A stretch of DNA of 64,000 nucleotides, taken from contig NC_045138.2 of assembly GCF_008831285.2 (NCBI RefSeq), positions 15,066,001-15,130,000 of the forward strand, written 5' to 3'. The notes beneath the pieces are model-generated. The model did no database searches and was not told where the DNA came from. It saw nothing but the letters and a program-made list of their open reading frames with translations. The DNA is from Nymphaea colorata. Lineage: Eukaryota. Below are positions 49,585 to 63,807 of this stretch, piece after piece (position 1 is the first letter of the stretch; each line of letters starts with the position of its first letter). Both the position numbers and the translations under genes were made by a program.

Positions 49585-52500
49585 TTCAGTCTTGGAGGAA
49601 AAAGGAAACTACTGATTCAAGCTTTGAATGAAAGGCTTGTGAGTTGAAGTTGAAGAACGTTAAGAGCTTGACGCATGTTCCTGCCTCCTTAATTGTCGGT
49701 GTAATTCCGCCTAACCCCAGTTTGCTGATCCGGAAAATGTAAAAGAAAGACGTAAAGTGTATCGAGAATCTCAATGAGAACAAAAAGTTTTCATTCATAA
49801 CTTTAATGTTTTTGAGAAAAATTTCGAGAAAACCTAACTGAAATTTAGGTGGCGATAATGACGTGCATGGATTGTCCTCCTCCTAAGAAGCGATGAAGAA
49901 AAGTTAGGCATTTAGGTTGAGATCTGTTCTAAGACAGATCAGTATGGCCATGTAGTCCGGATGTCACAAAAGATGGTGTTTCCCTGCCACATGTTTGTCT
50001 TCTTTTCTTAATCCAAGAAAGAAGACACAACGAAGACAAATGAGGAGAAGTGCTACTTCTTTTGAAGTACGTTCTGATTCAGAGGATGAACACGAGCTGT
50101 GGGGCCTGTTGACTGATGTTCTGGTTATGGCCCTTGGCCTATTCTGCTCTGTTTATTCTTTTGTAAGATGCTTACTGTAAGTGTTTGTTCTTCTTAACAA
50201 AAGAACTTGGGATCTAAATGTATCCATTACGGTGAGCTTTCAAGGGAAACTGCTAAGGAAGATGAAGAAAATTTGCTGGTCCAAATAAACATAGATGGAT
50301 CAAATGCCCATTTTCTTCACACTTGACGGTTCATTTGTTTTTAATATCTCGAACTGCAACCTATTAAAACTGAAAGGGTTTAGCTGGTGTATCTAGGATC
50401 TGACTGGCGTCAAAAGCAGTCAGAGTTCGAAAGTGATGAACATTACTCTCTGCAAAAGCAGAAAGCGTGTGCAGGCCGGAGGCCAAGGTACCGGTCCAGA
50501 TTTTTAGCAACTGGGACTGTAATTAAAATCTCGCTGCCTGTCTAGGTGCAGCTTTCTCCTGTAAGAATCAAGGACCAAAAGAAAAAAAAGCAGTCCTTTC
50601 CCAACACAACCATCATCTTATCATGAGACAGCTTGATGATCGAATTTGCCGCAGTTGGCTCATGGCTTCGTCTTTGTACAACTCTCATAGCCATATACCC
50701 ACAAATTCATGGTTCAGATTTCTGCTTTTCAATATTAGCGGGAACGCTGCAAGAACCATAACATTTAATGGGCATAATCTATGTCCTGAGATATTCTGAG
50801 ACCTTTGAAGCTTATAGAATGGCAAGGTTTGGGACTTGGTCTAAGATCATAACTCGACCAACAACATTTACTGTTCCATAAATAAGATTGATATCATTTC
50901 ATGCTTCCAACTTACCACTCTCCAGTCGAACAGCTGTCAAATAAATACTTTAGTACTTGTTGGGTGGTAGAAGTAGTATTTCATTCGACCACTGGAGGCA
51001 GGAGTCCCCACCCTTCCCCTTGTCCCTTCTGGGTACCAGTCGATGCTTCGAGATGACACCCATGTTATGTTATGCTTCAACATGCTATAGCACTGGAAGT
51101 TGATGCTGTGAAATTCAAAATAGAGACTGTCTGATTTGCATTTTACTTATAAAAATGTGTTCAACCGTCTTTATAAACCCGTCATCAGGTCTTAAGAACA
51201 CCTCAACAATGAGACTGTAATCTTTTTGGAATAAATTTAATGCATTATGTTTGCACAGGCTTCTTTACAGACAGATATATTACATCCAATAGAGAACCCC
51301 TTCATGTTTAGGATATGGTTTTAGGACTTTGGCTTTCTTACTCGTTGCCAAATTCAATTTCTGATGAATTTAAATGTGTCACAAAATTCCGCATGAATCG
51401 GCCAATTTGGATCGATTGGTAGTGATTCGAGATTGGCCCGGTTCAGATCACAATTAGGGGGAGATCGTGAATCGGCCGATCTTCGGTAGAATCAGCTGAA
51501 TCTATTTTCCTTTTCGGTCACTTTTTTTCTTCATAATTTTCTTTCACGGGTTTTTTTTTTCTGTTTTCTTCGCCAATTCCTAATTTTTGTTAAAATGTGA
51601 TCTTATTAAATCTGGTTCACAAACGATTCGCTTCTTAGGGTCTACTTTTGCATGCTTCTGCTTAGCCTGGTTTAGATTTTTTGGATTCATCTTTCGTGAA
51701 CCAATTGGTTGATTATGAACGAATATCACTGATCAACCAAAAAAAAAATCTCTCCATTGATAGGATTATTCAAAGGTTGCCACCTTATATATTGCATTCA
51801 TAAAATATAAGAATTTGGAAATATGAAAGTTTTATATAAATTATTGTGGGCCATATGATCAAATCAATGAAGGTCCATATGCTGTGATCAATTTAAAAAA
51901 AAAATTCCTCTAAAAGGACAAATAGCAACAACCCATTTGACTTTGTAAAAAAAGTATTTTTAAAGCGGCACTAGATTGTCCAGTCAAGTCATCATATTTT
52001 CAAAATTTCACTTTTTAATTTCTTGGTTATCATACTGACGTATATTGTATTAGGATTTTGAATCGGCTTAGTCGACTCCAAGAAAGAAATTTGATAAAGA
52101 TCTAGCTCGATTGCATATGACATATAAATGTCAGATCTTTTGTCAGCAACTCCAAATTCAGTTTCTGAATTTTAGTTTTATTATTCAATCAGCACAAAGA
52201 ATCCATCTGATTAAATTTGCATTTGTTTAAAGCTGGATAATACTTGAATAAAAAAACTCACATCCCTAGGTAAATTTGTTAGCTTGTTCTTTTCATTTTG
52301 ACCACACAAATGTAAAACCACTTACTTTATTCAACGCAACAAGTGTCTTAAGTGCGGTTTCTTTGTTCGTTGGCAATTCTTATATGTAATATATAAGAGT
52401 TGGAGAAATCAAGGGCCTGCAATAGACAAAGGAACAACTCAAAGAGAAAACTTAGAACTCATTAGAAGTACATTCCGATACAACTGACTTGTACGCCCCC

Positions 52501-53092
52501 GTTTGATTGCGCTAAAATATTTTCATAATTTCAAGTCTCTTCATCAAGATTTCCAATTTCACTTCGACCTTCTTAGGTCAGACTGAAATCCAGTTCACAT
52601 TGCACCTGGATGGCTTCCATGTAGAAAAATATCCAGGATTTGTTGTGTTCTGTTTGGCTTGTTAAGCTTCCTAGAGAATTTGTATGTAAAATCAAACACA
52701 TCCCCATAAAAGTCCTAGTTAATTTGTATGTAAAAACAAACACATCCCCAAAAAATCCTTTTAAGAGGATTAGGACTTACCACTTGGAGCCAAAACCCTT
52801 TTTCCTCCTTAAGAGCTGTTCCTGTATCTGATGAACAGACTATAACTGACATTTTGGTACTGTTCTCTTTAACAGGTCACACATTATTTTGGCGTCACCA
52901 ACACAACCAATTAAGTTGTGCTCGTTGGAGCTCTCAAACAATCCTCTTTGAGGTATTTGGCAGCAAAAACATTGTATTACTGTTTCATGAATATGTTTTA
53001 ATTTACAGGAACATACATTCAATATGATATTATTACCAAACGCTCTTTTGGATCTCATTAAACATACAATTAATACAAACCAATGACAAAAT

Positions 53093-53153
<61 letters not shown>

Positions 53154-53457
53154 TCTTTATTCAATCGTTCAACCATGAAGAACAGGTACCAAGCATATCA
53201 TGTTGAACCAAACGTGGTACGCGGACTTCAAGTTCAAACACGAAATGGTCATAACGAGGGGGCCATGAGGCTGCTCCACAAATTTCCAGCCAACCTCCTC
53301 CCTTCTTATGGCTCCCACCTCCTTAAAAGAATAAGGTACTCCCCATTGACAATTTACAGAAGCTATAAGTCCTCTCTGTTCTGTCCTCATCCCCTCCAAT
53401 CACTCCACCTTCACCCTTTCCCATTCTCTCAGCAGTTCAGGAACCAGTTTCACAGGA

Positions 53458-54147
53458 ATGCCTGGTCCCAAGGAAGGTCATTTGCCGGGGGGATATGCCG
53501 GCACTCCGCAAGGCACTCGGCCCCTTCCGCCCTACCGCCGCCCCCACCGCGGTCGCGCCTGCTGCGGAATCTGCCTCCTCCTCAAGGTCTTGATCAAGAT
53601 CATCGTCGCCATCGTCATCGTCCTGGCGATTGCCGCCCTCGTCGTCTGGCTGGTTCTCAGACCGACTAATTTGGTGTTCTACGCCGAAAACGCCTATGTG
53701 ACAAGTTTCAATCTCACCAACGCTGGCATTCTCACTTACGATCTCAAGATGGACATGAGTCTGAGAAACCCCAACAAGAAAGTTGGGGTTTACTATGAGG
53801 ATGTAGAGGTACTGGCTTTCTATGGTGGGCAGAGATTTGGGTGGATCAATCTTCCGAGTTTCTACCAGGGGCACAAGAACACCACCATGATCTACCCTGC
53901 TTTCGGTGGAAAACCTACGATGATTTCTGAGGGCTCGGTTGGCAACGAGTTCAACAGAGATAGTGTGAAGCAATTGTATCATATTGTAGTGAAGTTGAAG
54001 ACCAACATGAAGTTCAAGGTTGGGAGCCTCAAGACGAACAAGTTTTCCGCCAGAATTGTTTGTGATTTGTTGGTTCCATTGGCTGCAACTAATTCATCTG
54101 GTGAAGTTGGTTTTAGCAGAACCAAGTGTGATCTTCACGTTCTGTAA
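53458..54147 (+). CDS. NDR1/HIN1-like protein (NHL3/NHL10-like); 229 aa, intronless
   Basis: Pro-rich N-terminus, CCGICLL, TM ending WLVLRP, LRNPNKKVGVYYE, FYQGHKNTT, C-terminal FSRTKC. Confidence 0.93.
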   Translation: MPGPKEGHLPGGYAGTPQGTRPLPPYRRPHRGRACCGICLLLKVLIKIIVAIVIVLAIAALVVWLVLRPTNLVFYAENAYVTSFNLTNAGILTYDLKMDMSLRNPNKKVGVYYEDVEVLAFYGGQRFGWINLPSFYQGHKNTTMIYPAFGGKPTMISEGSVGNEFNRDSVKQLYHIVVKLKTNMKFKVGSLKTNKFSARIVCDLLVPLAATNSSGEVGFSRTKCDLHVL

Positions 54148-57100
54148 CTGTGGTCTTCGTTCTTCTGTTTAATTTTTCTTTTTTTGGGTTTTCATTTGTT
54201 TTTTTCCATCTGTTCTTTGTCAGATATTCTATTTTCCATTGAACCAGTGGGGTTGAAAGCCAAGAAGGGCCGATCAAGGCTGTCACGTTCAGGCACTGGT
54301 GTCCATCACATGAGTTTTGCAAATTCCCTGCCTAAGCTAATAATTCTTTTTCTAGTTGTGATATTGACCTTCTCTTCACCTTTTTCTGCGTCGGACTTCC
54401 AGAGTTTGCGTATGTGGAAACTACAAATTTATGATATAAAATTATCAAGTCATTGATTGTACATCCTATCTTCTTTGCTCCGTTGAGAAAGATAGTTGGA
54501 AAAAAAAAACGGGTTTTTAAACTACTCAATAAAGACTTCACGTCTGTGGTTGACTAAAGACGCATAGATTTAATTCTGAGCTGCTTTTAATATCCCTTTA
54601 TCTTCGCTCCGTTTATAAACGGATCCTGCCAAAGAAGCCCAGATCTCTCCAGGCAACCTGGCATTGTAGAGTTAAGATACGAGCTTTTTCTTTAAGATAA
54701 GAAAGATACTCAACATGGATTTTATGTAATGTATAAAAGAGCAAGAATGAAATTATGAATTGACTCAATAACAATTCATTGCCAATGGAAAAAGGAAGGA
54801 AGCAGATTTTTCTTCCAAGGCCAATCTCTTTAGAAGCCAGCATTTACGGGACAAGATGTACATTTGGGGAGCTTTAATGCATCAAGGCAGAAACAATAAG
54901 TGCACTTCAACATAAACTTCGGTGAAATCATCCAAGGAAAGATTGGTGGTGGTGTTTTATTCATGAGAATTTTGCATAAAAAATCCTCGAGTATCTCTTG
55001 GCATGATCCAATTGGCAGTCTGTCTTTCACATCCTTGAGGTTCCACCACTCATTCTCCATTCAAAGGTGGAAAAGTCATGACCTTTGCAAATTTTAGGGC
55101 CAGGGATTTAGATCCATATTCACGAGCGATGCATCTGGTTGACCCTCTTGGCATTCATTTTTTAAGAACTTTCTTGGCGAATGTCTGGTCAACAAATTGT
55201 AATGTCGATTAGATATGGGTTGTCCACATCCTAATACATCATATCATAATAATAATAACAATAGTAATAGTAAAGTCATACCATTTTTTCCCAGGAGACC
55301 CACCTTGGATCTTGAGGGATATTGAGGCCTTATTCTCTATCAGTTCAAAGATTTTAATTTTTCAACTTCCCAAGCTAGGTTGACGGAGATATTGTTATAA
55401 ACTGCTCTCTTCCTTTGCGAGTCGCCCTAAGAAGGGCCGAAGCTCTCCCTCCTTTTTTCTTCGTCCTTATACACTACTTGATATCAGGGTAGACTATGGT
55501 ACTCTCATAAACTTGAGTGTCGTATGACGCATCTTTATGTGTGCCACCTACCCAACCAGCAACTTTACAACAATTGAAGGCACTATACTCTTTCCGCCCA
55601 TGCTACAAGGTAGAAACTACCTTTAACCGGTTCAAGACATGATTACGTCAAATTACTGGGATGTGACTATGATAATCCAGATTTGGATGGGCTCTGCAAC
55701 CATTAAGAAAGCAATTAAAGTGTGTTTGACTGTCTACGACTCCTTTCCATGTGCTAGGGATAAAAGTTTTGTAAGTAGTAATAACTGCAATTCCATATCA
55801 GGTCGTCTAATTCTTTTTTAAAGAGTAGTCGGCGCTGTGCACCAAAGAAGAGTTCAATTCGATTTTTTTATTTGTTATCCAGTTTATCATAATCTGTCAT
55901 TAAAAATATATTAATTGAATGATCTAGGATTTGGATAATAAAGTCATTTGTCATCCTGACATTTAACATTAATAGCCTAGTTCACAATTTTATTGACTTG
56001 AGTGATTTTTAAATCGTCGGGAAGCGAACATATTTGCATTGAACTTTATGACATGTTAAAAGTTCAAGATGAGTTAAATGTGTAGTAAAGAAGAGGGTGG
56101 CTTTTCTAAAGTCTGGCTTTCGGCTCAACTAGAATTGCAGTTTCCCAAGGTGATGAAACTGGCTCCTGTGCCCAACTGTTGTAAAATGGGAATAACTAAA
56201 ATTGGCCATCATAAATTATTGGCTGTGCCTCTGGAAGGGTCAAACTGGTCTTAGAAACATATATTCATTAATCAATAGTAGCCACATAAATATCTGAACT
56301 CTACTTCCATGAAGGTTTTGGGAAGGTGTACCATTGAGAACCATGGAATTTAGGAAGAATTGATATTAGTCCGTCAGATATTGATTGAACATGGAATTCT
56401 GAACTAACGAGTTATGACGTTAGAAGTTTACCACACTCTCTCTCTCTCTCATACACACGCACACCAAGTGATGGGTAGTGCGCAACCGGTCGGGTTGGGT
56501 AATGTGTTATAGCAACATCCTAAACTTAATTCCTGAAATTCCCATCCTAAGCTCGATTCCTGGAATTCCTAGAAGGTGTTATCCTGATGGTATTGAAGAA
56601 TAGTGTTAATCTTGAGATTAAGAGTGTCATTACGTGGCTGTGGACCTATTTTGTCTCTCCCTTTCTCCCCTCCTCTCTCCTCTTTGTCTGTTAGTGCGTG
56701 AGTGTGAGTGTGAGTGTGCGTGGAGTGCATGTGCATATGACTGAAAATTTACATGAACCACCATGTTCTGCAAATCTGTCACAAAATCGTCTCCGCACAT
56801 TCTATCCATACCATTTTAGATGTCTGAATAGAGACTTAATCGTTCAAATTTGATGTTAACCAGAGAGTTCATGAATAAATACAAAAGTATCGAACCACTG
56901 ATGTACGCTCGCGGAGAGGAATCTGACGATCCAGAGGATAGTCCTTTGTGCGATCAGGCAGTCGGATTATGTCAATGTTTTAGAATTTCGGGGAAAAGCG
57001 ACAAAAAGTAAAACTGGCAACTTGTATATATGGCTGCTCACAAGTCAGCTGAGTCCTCTTTCTACTTTTTCAGAGAAAGTGGATTTATGTTGGTCAAAAG

Positions 57101-57439
57101 ACAAGGAATTCAAGTGACTCCTGGTTTCCGGTTTATTTTTGTTGCATTGTCAGATCCTCTGTGAAAGCTGAAACAGAAAAAGCCTGTAACGCACCAAAAT
57201 TCTCCTTTCAAAACAGAAGCTCAAAAATACACCAAAAAAAAAAGGCCAGAATAAAAAAAGAAGAGGCCAAAAATTCTTCAAGTTACTGATAACTGGGTAA
57301 AGGCGTACCCAATAATGAAAGCTACACAAAGAAAGCACAATCTCATATGCTCCAACACAATGCCATATAAGAGAACACACAGAAATCAGAATTTTACAGC
57401 TTAATATACTTGCACAGTCCCAAGCTCATGTCATGCTCG

Positions 57440-60400
57440 TCACAAGCCAGAAGGATCCAAACCTAACTCTTTTCTGGTTTTTCCAACAAATAAATCCCTA
57501 GATTTTATGTATCCTGGAATGTACCCAATGGTTGTAAGGAAAGGTAACTGAGCAACAGCTTGTTTCCTCCCAAGGGACACAATGGCAATTGCTGAGCCCT
57601 GTTTGTATCGGTGGAGATCACTTTCACTTCTTCCCTCCAGCAGCAGTTTGAGGTTCTTGGCAGCCAGCAATGCATGCTTGTGAGCAATGTATCCTTGCTT
57701 CATTTCCTGTATAACACAAGCAAGGTTAAAAATTTCGATTTATTCTGTTACATATCGGCCAAGCGTCCAATTTCACTATGAACGTATAGATGGCAAAGCA
57801 AGAATCATATTGAAGAATTTCCCAGCGGTTTTCTTTCTTCCCTTCCTCTTTCTGGACTAGACTATGCAGATGCCTGCAACTATTCTATAATACTAAGTGT
57901 CAAGCTCATGAGGTTATTCAGCAAGTTTCAAATGCCACAATATGCGGCCTAAAAGTAAAGAAATAAATATTACTGACATCACTAGCTGTTAAAGCAACAA
58001 ATTGATAGTTTATATGTTGGTAGTTGGTACAGACCAAGAAGCCATAGTAACGTTTGCCAAATGATGAAGTGTGCAAATGCGTGCGTGTGCGAGTAACATC
58101 CAGAATTTATGAACTGCAAGTTCACCGTACACTTGCATCCCACTGTCAAACTTGAGAGCATATTAATTTCATGAACTAACTATAACCCATTGGCGCTAGA
58201 ATAAACCCTTGGATAGCTCATATGATGGATTGCCTATATACTGTTGAGAAGGAAGACTCTTTGGATCGTGTAAAAGAAAGGGAAAGAAAAATAGATAGAT
58301 CTGAAATTTATGAGGTTATAAGGCGTAAACATTCGGATTAAAAATGGAATAGGAGGTTGTGGATGAATGATTGCAATTTCTAGAGCTAAATTGTTCCTAG
58401 TTTTGGCATGTAAGGACAAAATCTTGACTTCTAAGGGGCTCCAACGTCTTAGTCTTGCTGTGGCCAATCGCTGCAAATTCTGTTAAATTGGAAGGGGAGT
58501 TTGTGTCTCATCTGGTTTGTTTCTGTCCGGCATCCAAAATATTGTAGAAGTTCATGGGTGCTAAATTAAGAGCTAAGGGAGATTTGGTCGAGTGCATCAT
58601 TTCCTGCTAGGAGGACACTGATGCTGGAGGCTTTTATTTGCCCTTGTCATTTGGGAGATCTGGCAGTACAGGAACTCCCTCCTTCATGACGGGAACCAGT
58701 ACGTAGTAGATAATATGTACTTTTGGGTCGTACAAGGAGCATAGACATTAATTCATGTGTCTAGATGCATGCCAATTTTGAGTTCATGCCTTTGTATTCA
58801 CCCTCTGAAGAATGTGCAATGATAAAGTCAAGATAACAATTACCCGGATATCAGTGATGTCTCCGATAGCAAATATGTTTTCCTTGCCCTTAACTCGGAA
58901 GTGTTCATCAACCATCAACTGCCCACGCTCGTTCAGACAGCCGTGCAATATACCCTCTGTTAACCACGAAGACCCGACCCCCTTTCCGATGCAATTGAAC
59001 CAGCAGTCTGCCCTAACTTTAACACCTTCACTTGTAACAAATTCGGTTTGCGTATCATCGAGCTGTTCTAAACTAATTTCTTGGTTAAATAAAACCTGCA
59101 CTTTCCTTGAAGTCAGCCATGCCAACGCTTTCTCTGAAGCCTTTGGGCCAACAAATTCCAATAGTCTGGACCCTTTATGAACTATAGTAATCTGCTTCTC
59201 CGGGAAATCAACGGCAATCTCACCGGCGAGCTCCACACCAGTCGGCCCACCACCAACAATCAAAACAGAGTTTGATGCTTTGATCTTTTCATAGGCTGCC
59301 ATAGGGACATAGGAAAGGCTCATAAATATCGTACTTTCAAGTAAAATTACAAATTTCAGGTAAAATTTTAAATTTGAATCATGAAACTATAGAAAATGGA
59401 ATCTAGACCTACAGAAAAGGATAGATCAAAGACACCTTTTTCTGGAGTTTTGATTTTCTACCAGTCAAGAAAAGGCTCAAACCTTGCAGGAAGAAGCATA
59501 TGAACATTTTAAAAACACAAAATGGCATACAACATGACAGTGGAACGACAGTTCTAAGCCTGTTCAGCTGGGTCTCAAGTCAATCGACGATTTCCGGTAA
59601 TAAACTCTCTGTTTTTACAGTATATAGGATTAGGACAGTAGGTAGACAAGTATTATTCTAGCATCATGTCAAACACTACGTGTATATTATTTTTACAAGA
59701 CTGATGTTTACGACACAAAAAGGCAGAAATATAGGAGGAATCTCACAGTATAGTTCATATTTTGGTTTTCTGCGATGTGTTGGAGGCGAAAGCAAGTGCC
59801 ATCATCTTCCAAAACGGTTCTTTTTAAATAAATAGGTCTATCAATCTTCACTATCAGTCCGTCTCATCTAATCATTCTCAAGATAAAGGTTAGCTTCACG
59901 AAAAAGGCATACTACTAGTGTTCATAATGGTGACCGCCCATGATCTATCACCAAAATGAAGGACGAAGATTTCAGATCCCATTAGAAATATGATTTGACA
60001 AAGTACATAGACAGGTCAGGTTAGCCACCTTAACTCTTAAGCATCTTGACAACGCAATGACGTAGCAGATTTCCAGTATATCTGACACCTGGAAAGTATT
60101 TGCCAGCTTTTGGTGATTGAAAAACATCTTGCGCAAAATGAGAAAAAACCTCTTAAGATATTCGCCTGGTTCCTGTTACTCTGGTCCAAATAAAGAAGGG
60201 GCTCACCGAAGAAAAACCATGAACATCTCCAGGCTATGAAAGCCGTTCAGACCTTCTGATAAATGGGGCAAAGGTTAGTCCATTTAGCATCCAGCCAAGT
60301 CCACTCACTAGGCGATCCGGGCATAGAGCACGGATCTATTAAAAAATGGTCTCATTTGGACTCGAACCTGAACCTATTAAGGTAGATCTGACTCATTTTC

Positions 60401-63400
60401 CAACTAGAACGACAAGAAAATAACAACATGCAGTCAAGTTCAGTCACCCAGGGGATCGGGGCAAAGAGCTCGGATCTAATCCAAGATGGTCTCATTTGGA
60501 CCGGTACCGAAATACCTATTAATGGTAGACCTGACTGGCTGACCCATTTGCCAACTAGAACGCCAAGTAGATACGGGTTCAGTTTAGATACGTACATTCC
60601 TGAAACTCTTTAAGTCTTTCGGATCGAGTCGTCGGGAATGTGTTAGGGTGCCCAGTGGCGATGACGAGATAGTCGTAGGGAATGCATCGTCCTTCTGAAG
60701 TCACGATCTCCCTCTCGGACACCTTGACGGCGGTGGAAGTGACCACCCTGGCGTTGCCCAAGTAGTCCTTGTGCTCGATCAATGTCCGTTGGGCGAAGGC
60801 AGGCTCGACCATACACCGCAATGCTGCCCATGGCACTTCATAGTAGTCCTTACTGCAGTTCACGATGAATAGAGAAAAGAGAGATTTACAAGTAAAAATC
60901 GAATTTTTAAGGTGTTACCATAAATAATCAAGAAAAAAGAAAAACCCATGTCAATTCATGAAACGTTTTACTGATTTTTCATGTTCAAAGTATCATATGA
61001 CCATGTTATAAATTTCTGATATAACCAATTCGATGAATTTTACCTTTTGGTTTCAAAAGCCAAAAATTTGACGTTGTCATTTTGCAGTTTTGCCCTTCCG
61101 AGGGGTTCGAAATTTGTGACTACTTTAAGTAAAAACGACATTAAAATCCAATCATCTATGTTGTATGGCCACCAAGGTTTTACATGTTCCAACCAAAAAC
61201 AAAGAAAGAAAAAAAAACTTTCTTTTCAAGTAACGTGATCCAAAGGTTCCAAACGGAAAAGCTTAAATGATACAAGGAACCCTTTAAATTATGAAGAATC
61301 ATATTCTTAACTTCGCCTATCGTAGCACATCCTATTTTAAGCTCTCTCTCTCCCTCTCCTTTTTTTTTTTTTTTTTTGCTTTTATAATTCTCTTGCAGTA
61401 AGGCATCTCTTATCATTTTGAAAGTAAAGTCATTCCTTAATGATCTGCCTTGGATTTTAATAATATATCATCGGCTGAGTCAATGACAAGCTACCGTTTT
61501 AGGGACCATTTCACATTTAATTTTTATTTAGAAGGAATCTACTAATCTTGCTTAACAATACAAATTCGTGTTTTCTGCTACTTTAAACACGGTTATCAGT
61601 GTATCATTAAGCAATGGGCAAAATGAATGTATATTATTTGAAATCAACTTCCGCTTTTTTTTTTTTTCCTGTGAAGGTATTTACGTTATTCGGTTGAAAG
61701 CAGACACATTCACTGGCTTGAAATGCCCAAGAAAACAATAAGGAAGAATTCGTCCATAGCTACAAGGCAGCGATTACCTCGATAGAAAGAAATCCCTTTT
61801 CTTATACTTATCCTAATGTGACCAGCCAAATAGAACGCCGTCGATTCGGACTTGGTTGGGAGCTCAATTGTCAACTATCGTTCACTTCCAGACCACACAC
61901 TTTAAAACGACCTGACGCTTCTTCACTCTCAGGTCGTTCTCAAATTAAGCTCAATGTAAATGATGGTGTCCACTAAGAGGTATATTATTGGGCGTCACAT
62001 AATTGTATGGATCTTTAAGAATATGACGAGTCGGATGATTAATGGTTTGAGACTTATCAAGAAGTGGATGCGTCGGACTCGGACTTGATTTGTAGGAAAA
62101 CTCAGATTCGATAATAAACCTTTGTTGGGTCCCTCTTTGTACGAGGTGTGCCGCTTATAGAGAGAAGAAAAGGATGTTCCTCTACGATAGAAGGGTGGAA
62201 GGATGAACAGACATGTCCATACCAGTTCACTCCGTTTTTCTATTTAATGTTGTATAAATGGTCATGGCGAACATGTTGGCGACAAAGGGAACTGCAAATA
62301 GCTAGTCCTCATTATCACCAAACGCATCCTAAGGGAAACTTTAGTCCAGTGTTTGTAACGGGCTAAAACTGTCCGAGCATTCATTCTGTTGCGTTTCAAC
62401 CTGACTGGCTGGCCAGTCTCGGTTCACACTCTACAAAAACTACAGACCAAGACATTCGATTAAATAACATAGGGGTATATAAAGTTATAAACCCCTCAAG
62501 GTTCTTTGAAATCTTCATACAAAATTATGCTCAATTCCTTCCCCTAACATCAAGTATTCCACTCACCCTTAGAAATGGGAAATATGACAAACAAATTGAA
62601 CGAGGCATGTTCGAGCTAAATTCATTAATTTAGCTCAGTGTCAGCTTGAGCTTGAGGCTGCAAGCAAATCAGTAATCACGAGATCATATAACCATAATTT
62701 AATCTTAAACTACATAAGTCAATTTTTGCTTGTGAGTTTAATTAATTCATATGAGTTGACATAAATTCAGAAATATAAGTAAAAAAAAAGGAAAATTAAA
62801 CTGCCCTAACAAACATAAACATGTAATACAAAGGAATATGGAGCACATGCTATTGGGCACCACGCCCAATCAAGTTGAGCAACTCATTAGTAGCTAACTT
62901 GAGCAACAAGTCGAGAAGAGCTGAGTAAACTTTGAGAGAGTACAAGCTGTTATTCCTATTTCCTAGCAAGCCCGTTCACGTTCTAACAGGTAAATTTGTT
63001 GAACCGAGCGCGAGGGAACTGACAACCGCGAGTTTACACCCATTGATTCGGTTGGCATTTTTATAATCGACCTGGACCTGAACGGGTCCAGTGAACGATT
63101 CTGGACCATCTCCTTCGCCATGCTGAGATGGTAGGGAGGCGGAGCAAAGGGGTGGATTCAACCGGAAAAATGCAGCAAGAAATTTGACTCCGAAAAGACT
63201 CTGATTTCGGGGAATGACGAGACGAGATGCCTATGGCCCAGAAAGCGGCCAGTTTCTAGGTCATCTGACGATTATCAAGATTTCTGAAATCCGAGATTTT
63301 CTGGACCTTTTCACTCCGCTGAAGCACATCTCGGCTTAAGGACGAAATTGTCTTAGTGGAGACACCGGAAAAGTTCGGGAGATTCCCTGTTTCGGCGTAT

Positions 63401-63807
63401 CCGAAAGTCAAGGACTTCCAGAACTGCAAATCTTCCCCTCGCCGGAGGGGGAAATCAACAGAATCGCATTGATGATCATGTAAACGTAAGAAAATTAGCT
63501 GCTTCCGTAGTTCGCGAACATACAAAACTCAAGAAAATGCATTTCTGCACAAAACTGACGCGAACGCGATCCATGAGCGAAAACCTTTCGTTTTGTGCGT
63601 GGGAAAAAAAAACAACAAGTTGAAAGAGAGACTATGATTCCTCAATTAAAGTAAACGCAAACATGAAAAGCAAAAGTCGAAGGAGGTGAGAGCTCACGGA
63701 TCGATTAGGACGAGATCGGCGCCGAATTGGAGGGTTCTGGCGATGAGTGATCCGGCGGCTCCTCCACCCACGACAACCACCCGCTTGTTACTCCCGCCGC
63801 CTTCCAT
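57440..63807 (-). CDS. AIFM2/FSP1-like FAD/NAD(P)H oxidoreductase; exons 63698..63807, 60596..60852, 58844..59295, 57440..57706; 361 aa
   Basis: Consistent GT-AG phases (110+257+452+267=1086 nt). Two Rossmann motifs (VVVVGGGAAG; LIVGGGPTGVELAGEI), YDYLVIATG, NIFAIGDITD, IKSRDLFVGKTRK. Exon 1 (MEGGGSNKRVVVVGGG...VLIDP) is missing from the ORF track. Confidence 0.93.
60314..60568. repeat. Diverged ~140-bp-period duplication in intron 2 of the oxidoreductase gene
   Basis: gatc.gggca.agagc.cggatcta...tggtctcatttggac...acctattaa.ggtaga.ctgact...cattt.ccaactagaacg.caag occurs twice. Confidence 0.75.

Larger units (their letters stand above)
45603..50222 (+). repeat. Tandem segmental duplication, unit B (variant CLE gene + intact NHL)
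   Basis: Colinear with 40275..45350; lacks the ~520-bp segment 42806..43325 of unit A. Confidence 0.93.

Noticed and set aside
53175..53982. Overlapping and antisense ORFs (164 aa, 181 aa) over the NHL gene, and similar ones over PUP and TMK
   Set aside because: Shadow frames of GC-rich coding sequence.
54600..55600. Possible decayed LINE or gene fragment on the minus strand
   Set aside because: Coding-like texture, but no motif I can assign without a search.
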